Positions 39,306-54,564 of a stretch of DNA of 64,000 nucleotides are shown here, in pieces (within the stretch, counting starts at the first letter, position 1; every line of letters starts with the position of its first letter). The notes beneath the pieces were generated by a model, which saw nothing but the letters and a program-made list of their open reading frames with translations, had not been told where the DNA came from and did not search any database. The DNA comes from Utricularia gibba (taxonomy: Eukaryota; Plantae; Magnoliophyta). The position numbers and the translations under genes are program-made. The stretch lies in assembly GCA_002189035.1 (NCBI GenBank), contig NEEC01000008.1:1240001-1304000 (forward strand). The letters are read 5' to 3'.

Positions 39306-40458
39306 ACCAAATTGTGATGGTTCTCTCTCTTTTACTTCACCATATAAATCAACAGCTAAATGATAAAATATCTCAATTTTGCTTGAAAACCATTCATTTC
39401 ACTTTACTCATTTTTTTCTAGTGTATTTTACAATTTTGATTTTGATTTTAAAACTATTAATTTATATATTATTTCATAATATATCTATTCCGAATATATT
39501 TTAAATTTATCTTTTTCGCGTACAAACTATGATTTTAATGATTTTGTTTCTAGCACTACATGCATGGATAAGATAACTAGAAATTTAATGATTATTAATT
39601 TTAATATTTCCATGAAACATATCTAAATACTAAAATTTTCCTTCAAATGCATTTAATATAAACAATATTGTAACAATTCCTAAATTTATGATTAAATTGT
39701 ATGCGTATAAGAGGATTTACAAGTTCCTTTTCAAATCAATTAATAATAAAAAAGAATATATTATTTTTATTAAAAAGATTCATTATTTTAAAATTTTAGT
39801 CTTTTTCCTTGGGAAAATTTGTATATTCACTCACCTGGAGGAAAGAAGTTCAACAATTTAGGACCAATATACATAAGCTCGTATGACGTGTTGGGACGAG
39901 TTAGAGAGGTGGTATATCCATTGAAGCTGTCTGAAAATATGAAATAAATGCACAATGTATTCCACGTGTTCCAGTTGCGATGCTACGTGCTCGGATTGAG
40001 ACACTGATATAGCTATATGACTTCATATTGCAAGACAATGATCCCCAAAAAGAGAGTGACACCCTGAGTAATGACACAGTAAACAAACCAAGGCATAGAT
40101 GAGGTGACACGAGAGCAATAAGCTATGGTAAATAAAAACATATATTTAGAATATAGATTGATAATTTTTCATTGATTTTTCAAAAATAGAAATCTATTAT
40201 TGTTAACAGACTGACTAATCACGACGAGTTCACGGGAGTCTGAAAAATGAAGCACCGGAGGAGGCAAACAAATGGCCGGCAAATAAAAATACGAGTAGCA
40301 GCACCTGAAGAAATGAACTACCTTCTAAACTCACAGTAAACAAGGTGTACCCCCCGGCATCAAACAGGGAAAAATGCTACGAACTGATGGCAAAACAACA
40401 CCACTGAAGGCAAAGAGGCTTCGGTTCGATACCGGAGGGGATCGAATGCGTACCATGT

Positions 40459-43090
40459 TCAAGCAGTCGCGGAGACGCGAGGAGTCATGTTTTTCGGGTT
40501 GCCGTTGGCCAGTCCACTGCCGCCTGTTTGGTTGGGACGGCCCACGTTTCCGTTGAAGTTCTCTGGACGATGATGATATCCATCACGGTTCGAGGGACCG
40601 CCGCCACGAGAGCCGTTCCTGTTACTGAAGTCATTCCTGCCATTGAAATCAGATCTGTTGTTGTAGCCCCTTCCACCTACGTAGTTCCCACGCCCTCTGA
40701 TGCCATCATTTCTGAACCCAGAGCCCCTCCCTGGCTGGAATCTTCCTCTGTTGTTCCCTGATGGTAAAAAGAGGAACTCAATGAGGGGAAATCAGGCGAT
40801 GGGACACGCACAATATTGAATTAAGCAAGAGAAGGTCTGTCAAGGAACATGAAAACGAGAACATGGGCTGAGGAGGGAAGAAACCACCTCGAGAGTTTGT
40901 AGACCTTTTCTCCTCTACAAACGCTTGGCGCCCACCGATAACCACAGGGGAAGCCTAAAACATTCAGTAATGATGATTGTTACAGGATATCATGATAAAA
41001 TGTGCACGCCGTACTGATTCAGATCAATGTTATCATGCATCAAACTCCAGGAACAGAGAAAAGAAACCATGGAGGCCTACATAAAATATTGTGCACAAAT
41101 GCCTTCGATTTTAATGACTCAGAGAGGTGATTTTGCATAGGATACATATCATTCGTTGAAACAAATTGAAGAAGTAGGTTCAAAAAATCAAGATTGACTT
41201 TCGAAAATCTGGAAAACAGACTTATTCTAAAAAGGACTACAAGTATTCTCAGAGGTAGTAGAACGGAAAATATACAAAAGCTAATAAATGCATGCGATTC
41301 AGTATGCTCTTGAGATGGGTAGCATATCTCCACATACCTCGAGGGCTTTTTGTACAGAGTTGGCTTCTTCAAACTCAACGAATCCGAAACAGAAACCTTG
41401 ATGCTGCAACACGACAGTCACAAAGAGTCATAATAAAGTACAGTTACCAGGGACTATTGCAAATAAATTCATTCTATAACGTGGGAAAAAAAAGAAACAA
41501 CATACACGATTGCTTCGAACTTGAATGCCACCAGTCTTGATGGATCCAAATTGCTTGAACACTTCCTCAAGCATCGGTGCAGTAGCATTCATTGGAAGTC
41601 CCTTTATATAAATAGAGTGTCCATCCGCTGCATCAATACAAATCACGAAATGAAGTGCCATTTAATATAGAGAGACAAGCTCATCATAGAAAATCAAATT
41701 GCAAGGACTATAATTCCATGCCTTCATCCTCTTGGTTGTTCTCATTCTCAACAGAATCGACAACAGAAGCAGGTCTATCTGTTGGAGAGGCAGGGGCAGC
41801 TGGAGGATTAACTGGCTCAACAGGCTTTGGAAGAACTTTGCGAGCAGGAGGTGGTGGAGAGAAAGTTGCCGCAGTGTCCTTGAGATGCATCACCTGCACA
41901 GTTTAGTGTCATCACATATAGTGGAGGGGAACACTGGAGCGTGTGCATAAGGTAAACAAAAGTTCAATTCCAGATGTTCAGTTGCTTAAACTAAAGTTTG
42001 AAGTAAAGCAATTTGTGTACAAGGGAAGCGCAATGCTACAATAAGCTGTTATATGCACTTACAATAGAGGCATATGACTTCTTAGGGCCTTCCTCTACTT
42101 CGGTGATAGATTTGACCTTTGGCACGTCATCCTGCACTTGATCAACAACCTCAGGCACTGGTACTTCATCTTCAACAATTGTCACATCTCCATTTTGAGA
42201 TGGATTATAAACTTCATCTGCTGCTTCCTCGACAGACTGAGTGCTTTTCTCAGAAGGATTATCCTCCAAAACTGGAACTGTAAATGCAACTGTTCGGAAA
42301 AACGAAAATCGCCTACAAAATGAAAACTACGAAAGAAAAGATTAATGCGCGCCATTTACCAGACTCTTCAGGGACAGGAAGTGCACTATCATTAACCACG
42401 GCTGGGGTCAAATTGGCGTCATCCAAACGGCGAAACATGTCATTCAAAACATAGTATCCATTCTCTTGAGGGGCAAGGAAGAAAGTCTGGGCAAATTTTT
42501 GGAGTGAATTCTTGCCAGTTAAGTAACCAGTTACAAGAACATGAACTCCTCCATTATGGGAGTCTTGTGCATCCACTGACTTAATCTCTGTTCCAAAGTC
42601 ACCATAGTTCAGTGACATGATCTTCTCGTTAATGGCCTACAAGAAAAACGTTTTTTATTTTACGAACAGAACTAGCAATCTTGACTTATTTCCACGAAAA
42701 ATATCACGACGGACGAGTATTTCAAATCGAAAAGTAGAATGTCGCAGCAGCAGAGAATGAGATATATCATCTAGAGCTAAGCAAAAATAGGTTAAACGGA
42801 AATTACTTGCAAAGTGGTGGTGATGCTCATTGAACCGTCTTCCTCTGGACGTCCGAGTTTACTAATTTCCTGATAAAATCGATGGACATGCCCAGGCGAA
42901 TGACGCAGTATATGATAGTACTGCTGCACAAACGCATTCGCAACCTACATCCCACCGAATCCAATCAGCTTCAGATTTCAATTGAAGCCTCCACGAAAAG
43001 ATAACCTAGTCGCTCGAGTTAAAAAAAAAAAAAAGAACATACAGCCTGCGCAGATACTGGAACAGACACCGCCTCCACCGCTGCCGCCAT
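40459..43090 (-). CDS. NTF2 + RRM + RGG protein (G3BP-like)
   Basis: MAAAVEAVSVPVSAQA|VANAFVQQYYHIL (NTF2), KFAQTFFLAPQENGYYVLNDMFR, KKSYASIV, RRM SIYIKGLP/GFCFGFVEFEE, and an RGG-rich tail ending PRVSATA*. Confidence 0.93.
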
Positions 43091-43689
43091 CACCTTCAGT
43101 ACAAGTCCTCCGACTAACCTAAAAAAATAAGATTATCAGTTCCAGCAACGTATATTACAATCTTTTGCCTTCAAAACAGAGTTAATTAACTCGTCGAATT
43201 TCGGAAGCGGAAGAAAGCAAAAATCCTTAGATCGGTTCTCACCAGGAAAGCTATGAGGTTTCTGGATTTTTCCGGAGGTCCGGTGACGGAAGGGCAACAG
43301 GATCTCGAACAAGGAACGGGAGCGACGGATCTTGACAAGTGCGAACTACGAAATGCGCCGAGGGTACGAGGGTTTGGGGTTGCTCTCGCCCAAAAGAAAT
43401 ATTTAATTTTAAATAAATAGCATTCGGTAATTATATATTATATACACCTTTTTACAAGCGCATCCCCGTTAAATCAAAATCATCATTTTTAACCCCTTTT
43501 GTTTCAAAATTACGTATTAAATCCAATTTCTTGATGTTTACCATTAAATTTAATATCCTTTAATTAGAAAATTTCAAGTAAAATCAAAAAGTCTTCTTCT
43601 GCAAATGAGCACTTGTCCTGTCCCATCCCTCTTCCCCCTCACTTTCCGATTAAAGAGCAGAGCCAGACACAGGGGCCGGCGAGGTGGGC

Positions 43690-43903
43690 GAGCCACTCAG
43701 ACGAGCTGAACCGAGCCCGGGTGAGAGGTCGTCCTAATCGTCCTAATCATTGGCCCGGATGCGAGCCCAGTTACTGGTATCTTCGGACCATGTGCTATAT
43801 AGGGTTCAGGGGCCCCATCTTTAAAAAAAAAAAAACAAGGCTGAGCCCAGATGATGTTCAAAATTGTATATAAACAGAAGCCCAATTTTCTTGACTAGGG
43901 TTT
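43690..43903 (+). promoter_or_regulatory. Site II + telo-box promoter of RPS8, shared divergent region with the NTF2 gene
   Basis: Several (A/G)GCCCA/TGGGC motifs and TAGGGTTT at 43896-43903. Confidence 0.75.
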
Positions 43904-43960
43904 CTCAGATTGTTCATCGCCGGCAGGGGGGGCTTGGGTAGAGCCACCGCGACCTCAATC

Positions 43961-45160
43961 ATGGGTATGATTTTCCGAATCGAGTGTTTTAGTATCTTAT
44001 TATCCAAGAGATTCTGCTGGTCGTTATGGATGATGCTTCAACGATGGACCTGCAGGTATCTCTCGCGATTCCATGCACAAGAGGAGAGCCACCGGTGGCA
44101 AGAAGAAGGCATGGAGGAAGAAGCGAAAGTGGGTTTTTCTATGGTTTTATGTTTTTTCGTTTGCTCCTTATTTCTGCGTAGCTTCTATCGTTAATATGAC
44201 TATAATGGTTCTATGTAGCTCTGCCTGTCTGTATCAATTCGTATCTGTTTAATTTTCTTTATTCTGTACGGGCTGAATTCGCTCTGTATCCTGAAAAGTT
44301 TATGGTCCATTTCTGAATTCGCTCGTTGTCAAGGTATGAGCTTGGCCGGCAACCTGCAAACACCAAGCTGGACACGTCTCAGAAAACAGTAAGGAGAATC
44401 CGTGTTCGTGGAGGGAATGTGAAATGGAGGGCTTTAAGGCTGAATACCGGAAACTATTCCTGGGGCAGTGAAGCTGTTACTCGAAAAACCCGTATCCTGG
44501 ATGTTGTTTATAATGCCTCAAACAATGAGCTTGTGAGGACCCAAACACTGGTCAAGAGTGCCATTGTCCAGGTTGATGCTACGCCATTCAAGCAGTGGTA
44601 TTCAACTCATTACGGTGTGGACATTGGTAAGAAGAAGAAGGCTAGTTCGAAGAAAGATGAGCCTGAGGTAACTCAATACTCTTCCTTTCCTTCCACAATT
44701 TTTGTTCGCATAATGCCATTCTGCATATACTTCTCTTTGTTTCCGCAAATCAGTAATCTATCTATATTCATCTTTGTCCATCGATTCTTGTCCTCTTATT
44801 GTACACGCACTTTGTAAACTTGACAGGAAGGAGAGGGCACTGCAGCTGATGCCAAGGTCAGCAATCATGTCGAGAGGAAGAGACAGAAACGCCAGTTGGA
44901 TCGCAAAATCGATCCACATGTTGAGGAGCAGTTCAGTTCCGGAAGATTGCTGGCCTGCATCTCCTCCCGCCCTGGACAATGTGGAAGGGCTGACGGGTAA
45001 GAGCAAATCTTTAACCCGTCATTCATTCTTCTGAAGGATTCCTCTTCTAACATCCCTCTTCCACCCACGCTTCAGATACATTCTGGAAGGGAAGGAACTC
45101 GAGTTCTACACGAAAAAAATCCAGAAGAAAAAAGGAAAAGCTGCTGGTGGCGGTGCTTGA
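43961..45160 (+). CDS. RPS8: 40S ribosomal protein eS8
   Basis: Exons 43961..43964, 44056..44128, 44334..44667, 44827..44996, 45076..45160. [54 protein letters not shown]. Confidence 0.97.
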
Positions 45161-48100
45161 CGACTGTCTGCTCATCACTCTTTGGTTCCCCTAGTTTCTC
45201 CAGAGAATGGCCGAGTTATCTTGTTGTATTTCACGACTCTTGAGCATTTCCATGGATTGTTGTCTCTGGGCTTTAGAGAATGAAACCCAAAAACTGTTCT
45301 GGTCCAGTCAGCTAGCCCATCTATTCGACTGAAGCTTTAGGTTGACATGATTTTAATAGGATTAAAAATTTTAACGTAATGAAAATCGATATATGTTTTT
45401 GTAAATGATTACTATTAAATCAATGTAAAAAGTAAAAAAAAAGGAGAAATGGCTGTTACAATTAAATTATTAATAACCATATTTTTATTAATTTATTATA
45501 AATTATATACATTATAAAGTATTATATAGAATAAGATGAGCTGAGGGAAAGCATCGCTACCCTACATTAAAATTAATATTTAAAAACTACAATATTTTAA
45601 TAGTTTAATTTAAATAAGGATAATGATCATAATTATATATAACAAATAACTACAATCATAAATTTATATTCAAAAATCAAATTTTAAAAAATCAATTCGG
45701 TTAACCTTTCAACTTCTCATAAATTTCATTTATTTTCAAGAATCATTTATTATTAAAAAATTGGAGAAATGTTTAATTTATATTTTCAAATGAATATATT
45801 TATTATAGATTGGTCCATCAGTTTATTTAGTTACATTTAATTGTGGTGTTCGCGGGGGAGCAGAGGTCCTTGTTGGAACCTTAATGTTTGAATTAAGCAT
45901 TATTAATTAAATAAGCTGCCGACGAGGCACCCTAATTAAATTAAGACATAATTAATCACATCCCTTGATTACAACGCCTCAAGTTGCGGGCGAGCACAGT
46001 TTACATTACAACATGGACGGGCTAAATTGACCTGATATTTACTCCTGCATGGCCCCACTTTCATTCATTTTTAATAATATTTATCATGAAAATAAAAGAA
46101 TTATTTACATTGATACTTTAAATTTGTTTATAAAAAAAATATTAAATCGAATTCAAAAAGAAAAATTTGATCTAATTCAAAATGGGCATTCAATTGGAAA
46201 CATTCTTACTATTTAATAAAATTCTCAGAGTAGTCCTTAATATTTAATAAAAATGATATAATATATTTGGTCATCAAATTTTTAACGTATTGGATATATT
46301 TAGTCTTCATTGACAACGACCAATGAGTGCATGGGTGTAGCCGGTAAGGACAATGGTGATCAATGATGGGTTAGATGCGGATCGAAAATAGTAAAATTAA
46401 ATTGAAAAAAAATTTGGATTTTAAATTATGAATCGATTTTGAAACCATTGAAATTAATCGTTGATATTTTTTAAATAGTGACAATTAAAACACTATTTTT
46501 TAAAACTCATTAAAGCAATTTAGTTAAATAATATAGACTATTAGGTTAAAATAGTGTTTTGGAAAAATTTTAAATTTTTTTTTACTTTTTAGAAATAAAA
46601 ATAATTTTAATTGTAAAAATAAATCTATCAAAAATAATTTTAAAATTATACTATAAATTTTAATTTTGAAAAAGTAATGATTTTTTTAATTTTAATTCTT
46701 ACTTTTCTTTTTAAAAAATAAAAACATATTTCAAAAATTTTTCATAACACTGGTTAATTTTTTCATTTTGAAACCAAAGGGATCAAGGATTGGTTCCATC
46801 TTCGAATCCGTTTTAAAAACATAGGTTAAAAGGGGGTGTGGTTATACTACAGCTTTTTGAAGGGATCCAACGGCTTTGCGGCAATCAATTGCATGATTGC
46901 GCAGAATAAGAGACTATAGAAACAAGCACGTAGGGTTGAATAATGGAAAAATTATGCGCTGAGCTCTTTAACCTTTGTAGCAAGAGGATCTTGGCAACCC
47001 AATAATCCCTAACCTCTTTACTCCAATTATGATATATTCCAGTTCCAGTTCCAGTTCCCACCCAACCCCAAACCCAGAGTTTACAACAAGGATATCATAT
47101 CATGTGACAACGAGAGGCATCGTGAGAATGGCTTAAAATGAAAAGGAGTCATTTGCTGGTAATGGGAGACTCTGGGAAGCTGCCAATGATGCAGATACGA
47201 TCAGGAGGGGGTGAGCAGACAAGACTGCAAATGGATTACCTGCTCGGGGGCGTCGCGACAACGCCATCGCCATCATCGTATACTTACCACATCCACTCAA
47301 AGTTTCCATATCACAACAGCCGTAGTCGGTAACGGCGGATCCCCGGCGGAAAAAGGAGGCCGTCGGCCGCGGTTTCGACGTTCTGTAGGGTTAATCCGAG
47401 ATGTATTAGAAATCTGATCACCATCTCACTATTTTATGAAAAATCTAACCATCTTTAGTGTATTAGGAGCAATTTCATTAAGGATTCAGACCGCTTAATC
47501 ATGGTTTTTTGTGAACACTAATGCATCCAATAAGTAAATCGAAATGTAAATGCATGTCCACTTTTGTAAGGTTTGAATTTCGTCACCGTGCAACATTTTC
47601 TTAAAGGGCCAAAATGATTCAGACAAGGTACCTTTCGAATATACAATGGAATTAATTATTCATGGGCATGTCTTATATGTTTATCTTCCACCTACTGGAA
47701 AGCGTATGGAATGGGAAGATGTGATATCATGTAGCTTCCCAATCAGTATCATTTATGTTTCTGTTTCGTTCCCAAACATAAAATTTCTGGAAAATGTATA
47801 AAACAGTATGTTTATTTTCTATATTAGATTTTATTGCTAATTATTTCATTCTCTTCTTTCAAATATCTAATGATACCAGAATAACATAATATAAGATGAT
47901 TTCTATTTTGATGTAAGTATAGTATATATCATTATATACATATATTTTCAATCGTTTTAATATACTATGTAACAAGGAAGGAGAGGGAGGTGATGTCCTA
48001 TGAAAGTAAGAAAGGTTTTATACAAATCTCATATCTATTAAGAATAAGAGAGATGATGAGATTAAGTATAATGATTACGTAAATCTTGTATAATACTTTT

Positions 48101-49813
48101 TCTTGAGTATGACAGAGAATTTTTAGTAGAAACTTTAAAATTAAGCTTTCTTAGCTTGAGATAATTTCTAAAAAAATGACCAATTGAGAAAATCCTGATT
48201 AAAAATGGAAAAAAATCGTTAAAATTAGATATTCATAGATCCAAAATCATTAGAATTGAGTGTTTAAAGTAAATAATATTATACAATAAGAGTATCAGTC
48301 GTGATATTTGGCATTTTGAAAAATGGCTATCCACTCTCTAATAGTTAGAATTATTATTATTATTATGAAATAGATATTAATTTTATAAATGGAGTAGTAA
48401 TAGGGGATGATGGGGGTTTGAGCAACAGGGTGGCCCACAGCTGGGGCTGGTTTGGACATTTTTTTAACTTTATGCTAACCACCGGGGCCCCAATCATCTT
48501 ATGGATTATTAATGGGAACCCCCATCAATCCACCTTCATAATAAGGACAATAATTACCAGATTTCCCGAATTCTAACAAGATCTACCAAATCCCATCCCC
48601 ATCACTTTTACTACACCCCCATCCTACCACTTCTTACAATTTTTTTTTTATTTTTAATTATTCTCGCTTACCCAATTTACATTTATCTCAAAAGGGTAAA
48701 GTAGAGCATCCACCGCGTGGGGCACGTGTTGAGCCAGTGGCGACGCACGTGTCGCTGTTAAAAGCATTTTTTTTACCACGGTAACTTTGTGTTTTAAATA
48801 GGTCCTAATCATAGAAAAATGTTTCATAAATAATTTATTTATTAGAAATACTAGTGATTTTTTATTCCAAATGAATTGAAATTTAGAAGCGTTTTGTATT
48901 TTTAAATAGTAAAAAGCTAAATCTTATTTTATTAAAAGTGTTTTTTGAAAATTATTTTTCGAATATTAGAATTAAATAAAGTCTAAACATGTTTGATACT
49001 AGCGTATTAATATATTTAAATATAGTATAATTAGCTATGTTTATATTCAATTATATATAATGTTTGATATATGATTATTGAAATTTAAGTATGTAAATGA
49101 TATATATATATGTTAGTTAATTAAAGAATGATTTATATGTAAATTTGAGTACAAATGTTATATATTATACTATTGAGCATTCTCTAAATGTAATGTTGGT
49201 AAGATATCTTAATTTCTTGAATATTTGAATTATATTTTTAGATAAATTATATTATGTGATTAATGTTGAAGATGTATTGTTAAATATATATTTAAAATAA
49301 TATTGTATTTAATAAATTTATTTAGAATATATGTAAAAATCAAATTTAGTTTAAAAAAAACTCACATAGAAAAGAAATTTTTAAGATTTAGTAGTGCAAA
49401 TGCGATTTAGAAATAATACATGTATTTAAAAACACGTTATCAAACAAACATAATTATCAACATATGAATGTTGATAATCATGTTTAATTATACTTAATCA
49501 TATCATTTCAACACGGACTTCCATATTCACGTGGTGTTTAAAAAGTAAGTATTGGAGAGATTAATGGGTAGGACTGATGAAGCTCACTAAATAAATTATA
49601 TATTATTTTATACTATATTATATTATATACACACTACATACAGCCTTGAGACATGATGATTATTCAGTTTGATCATCGAGTGATCAACGGAGATGGCAAG
49701 TCTGCAAGTTACTGTCCTAACACCTCCTCGCGCGTGCTTCTTTTGTTTGATCCCGAGGCCTGGAGCTGCTGAAAACTGTCAGAAATCTGAACCAGAGCCG
49801 CTTTGTGTTTTAG

Positions 49814-51640
49814 TTACTGGGGGGGATGGAGGGCGGGGTCCTGAGCAAACCCCATGAGGACGATGCTCTGCAGATCGTCTTCGTTGAAGGATGGGACCTG
49901 CTGTGAAACACGAAAAACCAGAGAGTTCAGTTTTTGGGATTCAAATTGGAATGGGAGTGGTAAGGGAAGAAAGTTTACCGTGGGAGGAAGCGGGTGGGTG
50001 AATGAATCCAAGGGCGGGGGACTGGTCTGATGAAATTGGGGGTGGTGGTGATGATGATGATGATGAAGGGGAGGGGAATTGGAAGGGTAAATCTGCAAGA
50101 CATATGGACCCATGGAAATGATTTCTCAGAAACAAAAAAAAGAGACGTGTGAAGGAAAAATGTTGGCAGGTGAAACATCAAACTTTGGTTCAATTTCTGG
50201 TTACACTCACCACCTCTTTGGCTACGCGGTTTTCAGAATTGAAATCGAGCCCTGGGTTCACCGACGCCAGCTTCATTGACAGGAACTGCAAGCAAAACAG
50301 GGAACACAGAAGCAAAGATTGCATTTTTTCATACATCAGACAGAAGATATCATCAACACAGACACGGGGTGTTACTGTGCTTACTTCAACTTGGCGCTGC
50401 AATGATTGAACATAGTTTATGATTTCATCAAGCATCAGGGCTTTTCCGGTAACCTATGAGGATGGAGTGAAATGAAGTGAAATAGCGACTACAGTTAGGC
50501 CAAGTAGAAGAAGTTTGGTGCACACCTTGTTGCAACCAGGGACCAGATCCTGAAGAAGCTTCATTCTTTCACTGATTTTTTCGCGTCTAACCTGCAGAAC
50601 GCGGAGTTTAAGACAAAATGGGAGACGGGATGTTGCAGGAACACGACTATGCCTGTGCAAGAATGAATGAAGAGTATACCCTTTCTGCAAGAGAGTGGCT
50701 GTCAGTGGCTTGCCCTCTCCTCGCCCTGACATGAATGTAATCTTTGGGTGGTTCAGGGGGTTTCGGGGCTGTCTTCTGCTTCTCGCTACAGTCTCTCTTT
50801 GGTTCCTCTTCCGGTGAGATTTGAGTTTCTTCAGGTTTCAAACGTTTCAAATCTCCACCATCTTGGCACTGAAACAAATGGCTTTACTTCAGTTTAAGAC
50901 ATCCTAAAGTGAGCATCTAGCAATGATTTGCCCTGTAAAATTGGGTACCTTAAATGAAGGGGTCCCATCTTCGTCTCTTTTACAAGCTCTTCTGTCCTTG
51001 GAATTCATCTCGTTGGAGACTTTGGGTCCATTTTCAGCGCTCTGCATTTGCTCGGAGACAGAGGAGACATCGTTCGAAATCAACCTTGGAATTTTTCCTG
51101 ATTTCCCATCAGAAGCGGATACAATCCCGCTCCCACGGCGGATTTGAGTTGAAATGTGTTTTCCCGGTGGAGATCCGCCGTGACCGAGGGCCGGAGTACT
51201 ACAAACTCGAGATAACTTGGCACTCCCCAGCATTGGAATCAGAGATCGTTGCCCTAATTCAACATTGTTCACGCTTCTACCCTTGAAACTCCGGCTACCC
51301 AACAAGGAATACTTCGGCGCCCTCTCTACAAACCCAGAACCCCGCGACGGTGACGGCAACGCGAGAGGCGGCAAATTCATCTTAACGGAATCATCGTTAC
51401 CCCCACAAACTGATTCCCTAACCCCTGCTCCTTCCCCATTATCTCCGGCAACAAGAAAGCATCGTTCCCCAGCGGAGACGGCGAGATCCCCGAGCTAAAC
51501 GACGAATCAAAATGTGAGAACTGTTCTACAACTGACAGGCCCTCATCCAAGTAACTTTCCTCCCCTCCATTCCAAGGACCAGCCTCCAAATGCAGAGGAT
51601 TCGACGAAATCCCACCCTCGGTAAAGTAAGCTTTATCCAT
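49814..51640 (-). CDS. bHLH subfamily XII transcription factor (CIB2/bHLH62/78-like)
   Basis: [23 protein letters not shown]|[22 protein letters not shown]|...[17 protein letters not shown]|[11 protein letters not shown]. Also [29 protein letters not shown] and a His8 tract. One frameshift at ~51430. The 3' end is uncertain. Confidence 0.9.
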
Positions 51641-53339
51641 TTCAGGGGAGTATCAAGGCCGAACCTTTATCCACAACCCAGAATCCCAGACCACGTACTT
51701 CCTCAAGAAATGGGAGTGAATCAACAGAAACGCGGAGAAGAAGAAAAAAGGAGGGGGGGTTGAAAAGGATGAAGGAATATGAAAACGTATACTGGGGCAA
51801 GAAATTGAAAGGGAAGGGCAATGGGGGCCTGGCGATGAAGCTATATAGAAGAAGGAAAGGGAAAGGGGGGTTTTGGGGCTGACAAAATTTCTCTCTTTCT
51901 GTACATCTTTTTACTGCCCAAAAAAAAAAGAAACTGAACTCCGCCTTAGGCAACTGTTCGTGTCTACATGTATCTATAGCTCCGGTAGTCGTTGACGGAG
52001 TTCAACGTGTACCGTACGTCCCTTCCATTTTCCCATTTTTTTTCTGCTGTTTTTTTCAAAAACACAAATATATATTTCCCCCAGTCTTTCAATTTAGTCC
52101 TCTAATTTACGACAAGTTCGATTCACTACCCCCGACATACATCGGTCTAATACAACTAATTATGACGCCATTTTATGATCCTTAAAATGCAGCTAATTAT
52201 CATCATAATTTTAATTTAATGGAATTAGAAAAACGGAGGAGAATATTCTTCAAATTTTATATTTGAATTTGTTACAAGAGAGTAATAATTTCAAATAGAC
52301 AAAATATAGATATCGGTCCTATATAGAATAGATTATCTATGCAGTACAAATGGGGACCAAAGTTTACTATTGGGAGATTCCTTGGTGGACCCCATTTGAT
52401 TTTACAATTCTTCCATTAAAAAAATCTTTTATTCGTACTTTTTTTCCTTTCTATAAAATAATAAATTTAATCCATTAAATTTTTTTTTTAAAACGAGCTC
52501 AGACAATTTGACCAATTATTAATCGCCCACGTCATGCGTTGAACCGAGCATAAAAATTTTTAAAAACACACAAATTATTATTATTTTTTTAAAAAAATGA
52601 CTAGGGGTTGGAATCAGCTATCGGCCCAGTTCTTGAATTGGGCCGGATAGCACAAAATGGGCCAGGGAAATGAAGATGCATTATTCTGTCTAAGAGTGGA
52701 TAAAGTATGGGAAACAATATGTTAACATTTGGAAAAATCACTTCAAAATTAATTTTAACAAAATTGAAAATTCTTATAGAATGAATATTGATATATATTT
52801 GAAAGTGTTTTTTAAAAATGATTATTATAGAATTGATTCATATTTAGGATGAAAAAAATAAGAATTTATTTTTATAAGTAAATTATATATTTACTCATGT
52901 TTATTAATAATCATATTTATAATTTTATTTAAATAAAAAATATAATATAATATGAATATTTATCAAAATTTTAACTAATATTATCAAATTAGTATTTATT
53001 TTAAAAATAATATTAATTGTAATTCTATATTAATAAATGAGTATAATAATAAAATCACTTGTTAAAATCAAATCTTAAAAAATAGTTTATAGGAGAAGCT
53101 ATACATTCATGATTAATTGAATTGATTCTAAAAAATCAATTCTCACAAAGAAAATTTGATGCGTATTTGGAAATATTTAAAAGAAAAAATCAATTCTAAT
53201 ATAATAGAATTGAATTTATTCGAATAGAAGTGATTCCCGAGGATGCATAGTAAATTAGCAATACAATGAAAGGGTTAGTTAAGATCTGTGTCTTCAAAGC
53301 GGAGTGCTGCGGCGGCGATCTTGGTTTGCTGTGATGGAT

Positions 53340-54564
<1,225 letters not shown>

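Noticed and set aside
46420-46825. hAT-like terminal motifs (CAATG/CAGTGTT...AAAA; similar at ~22300)
   Set aside because: No paired TIRs with a TSD could be established, so an element cannot be delimited.
47170-47216. Partial matches to miR167 (GAAGCTGCCA) and miR390 (TCAGGAGGG)
   Set aside because: Only 9-10 nt cores match, with many mismatches over 21 nt and no miRNA/miRNA* hairpin.
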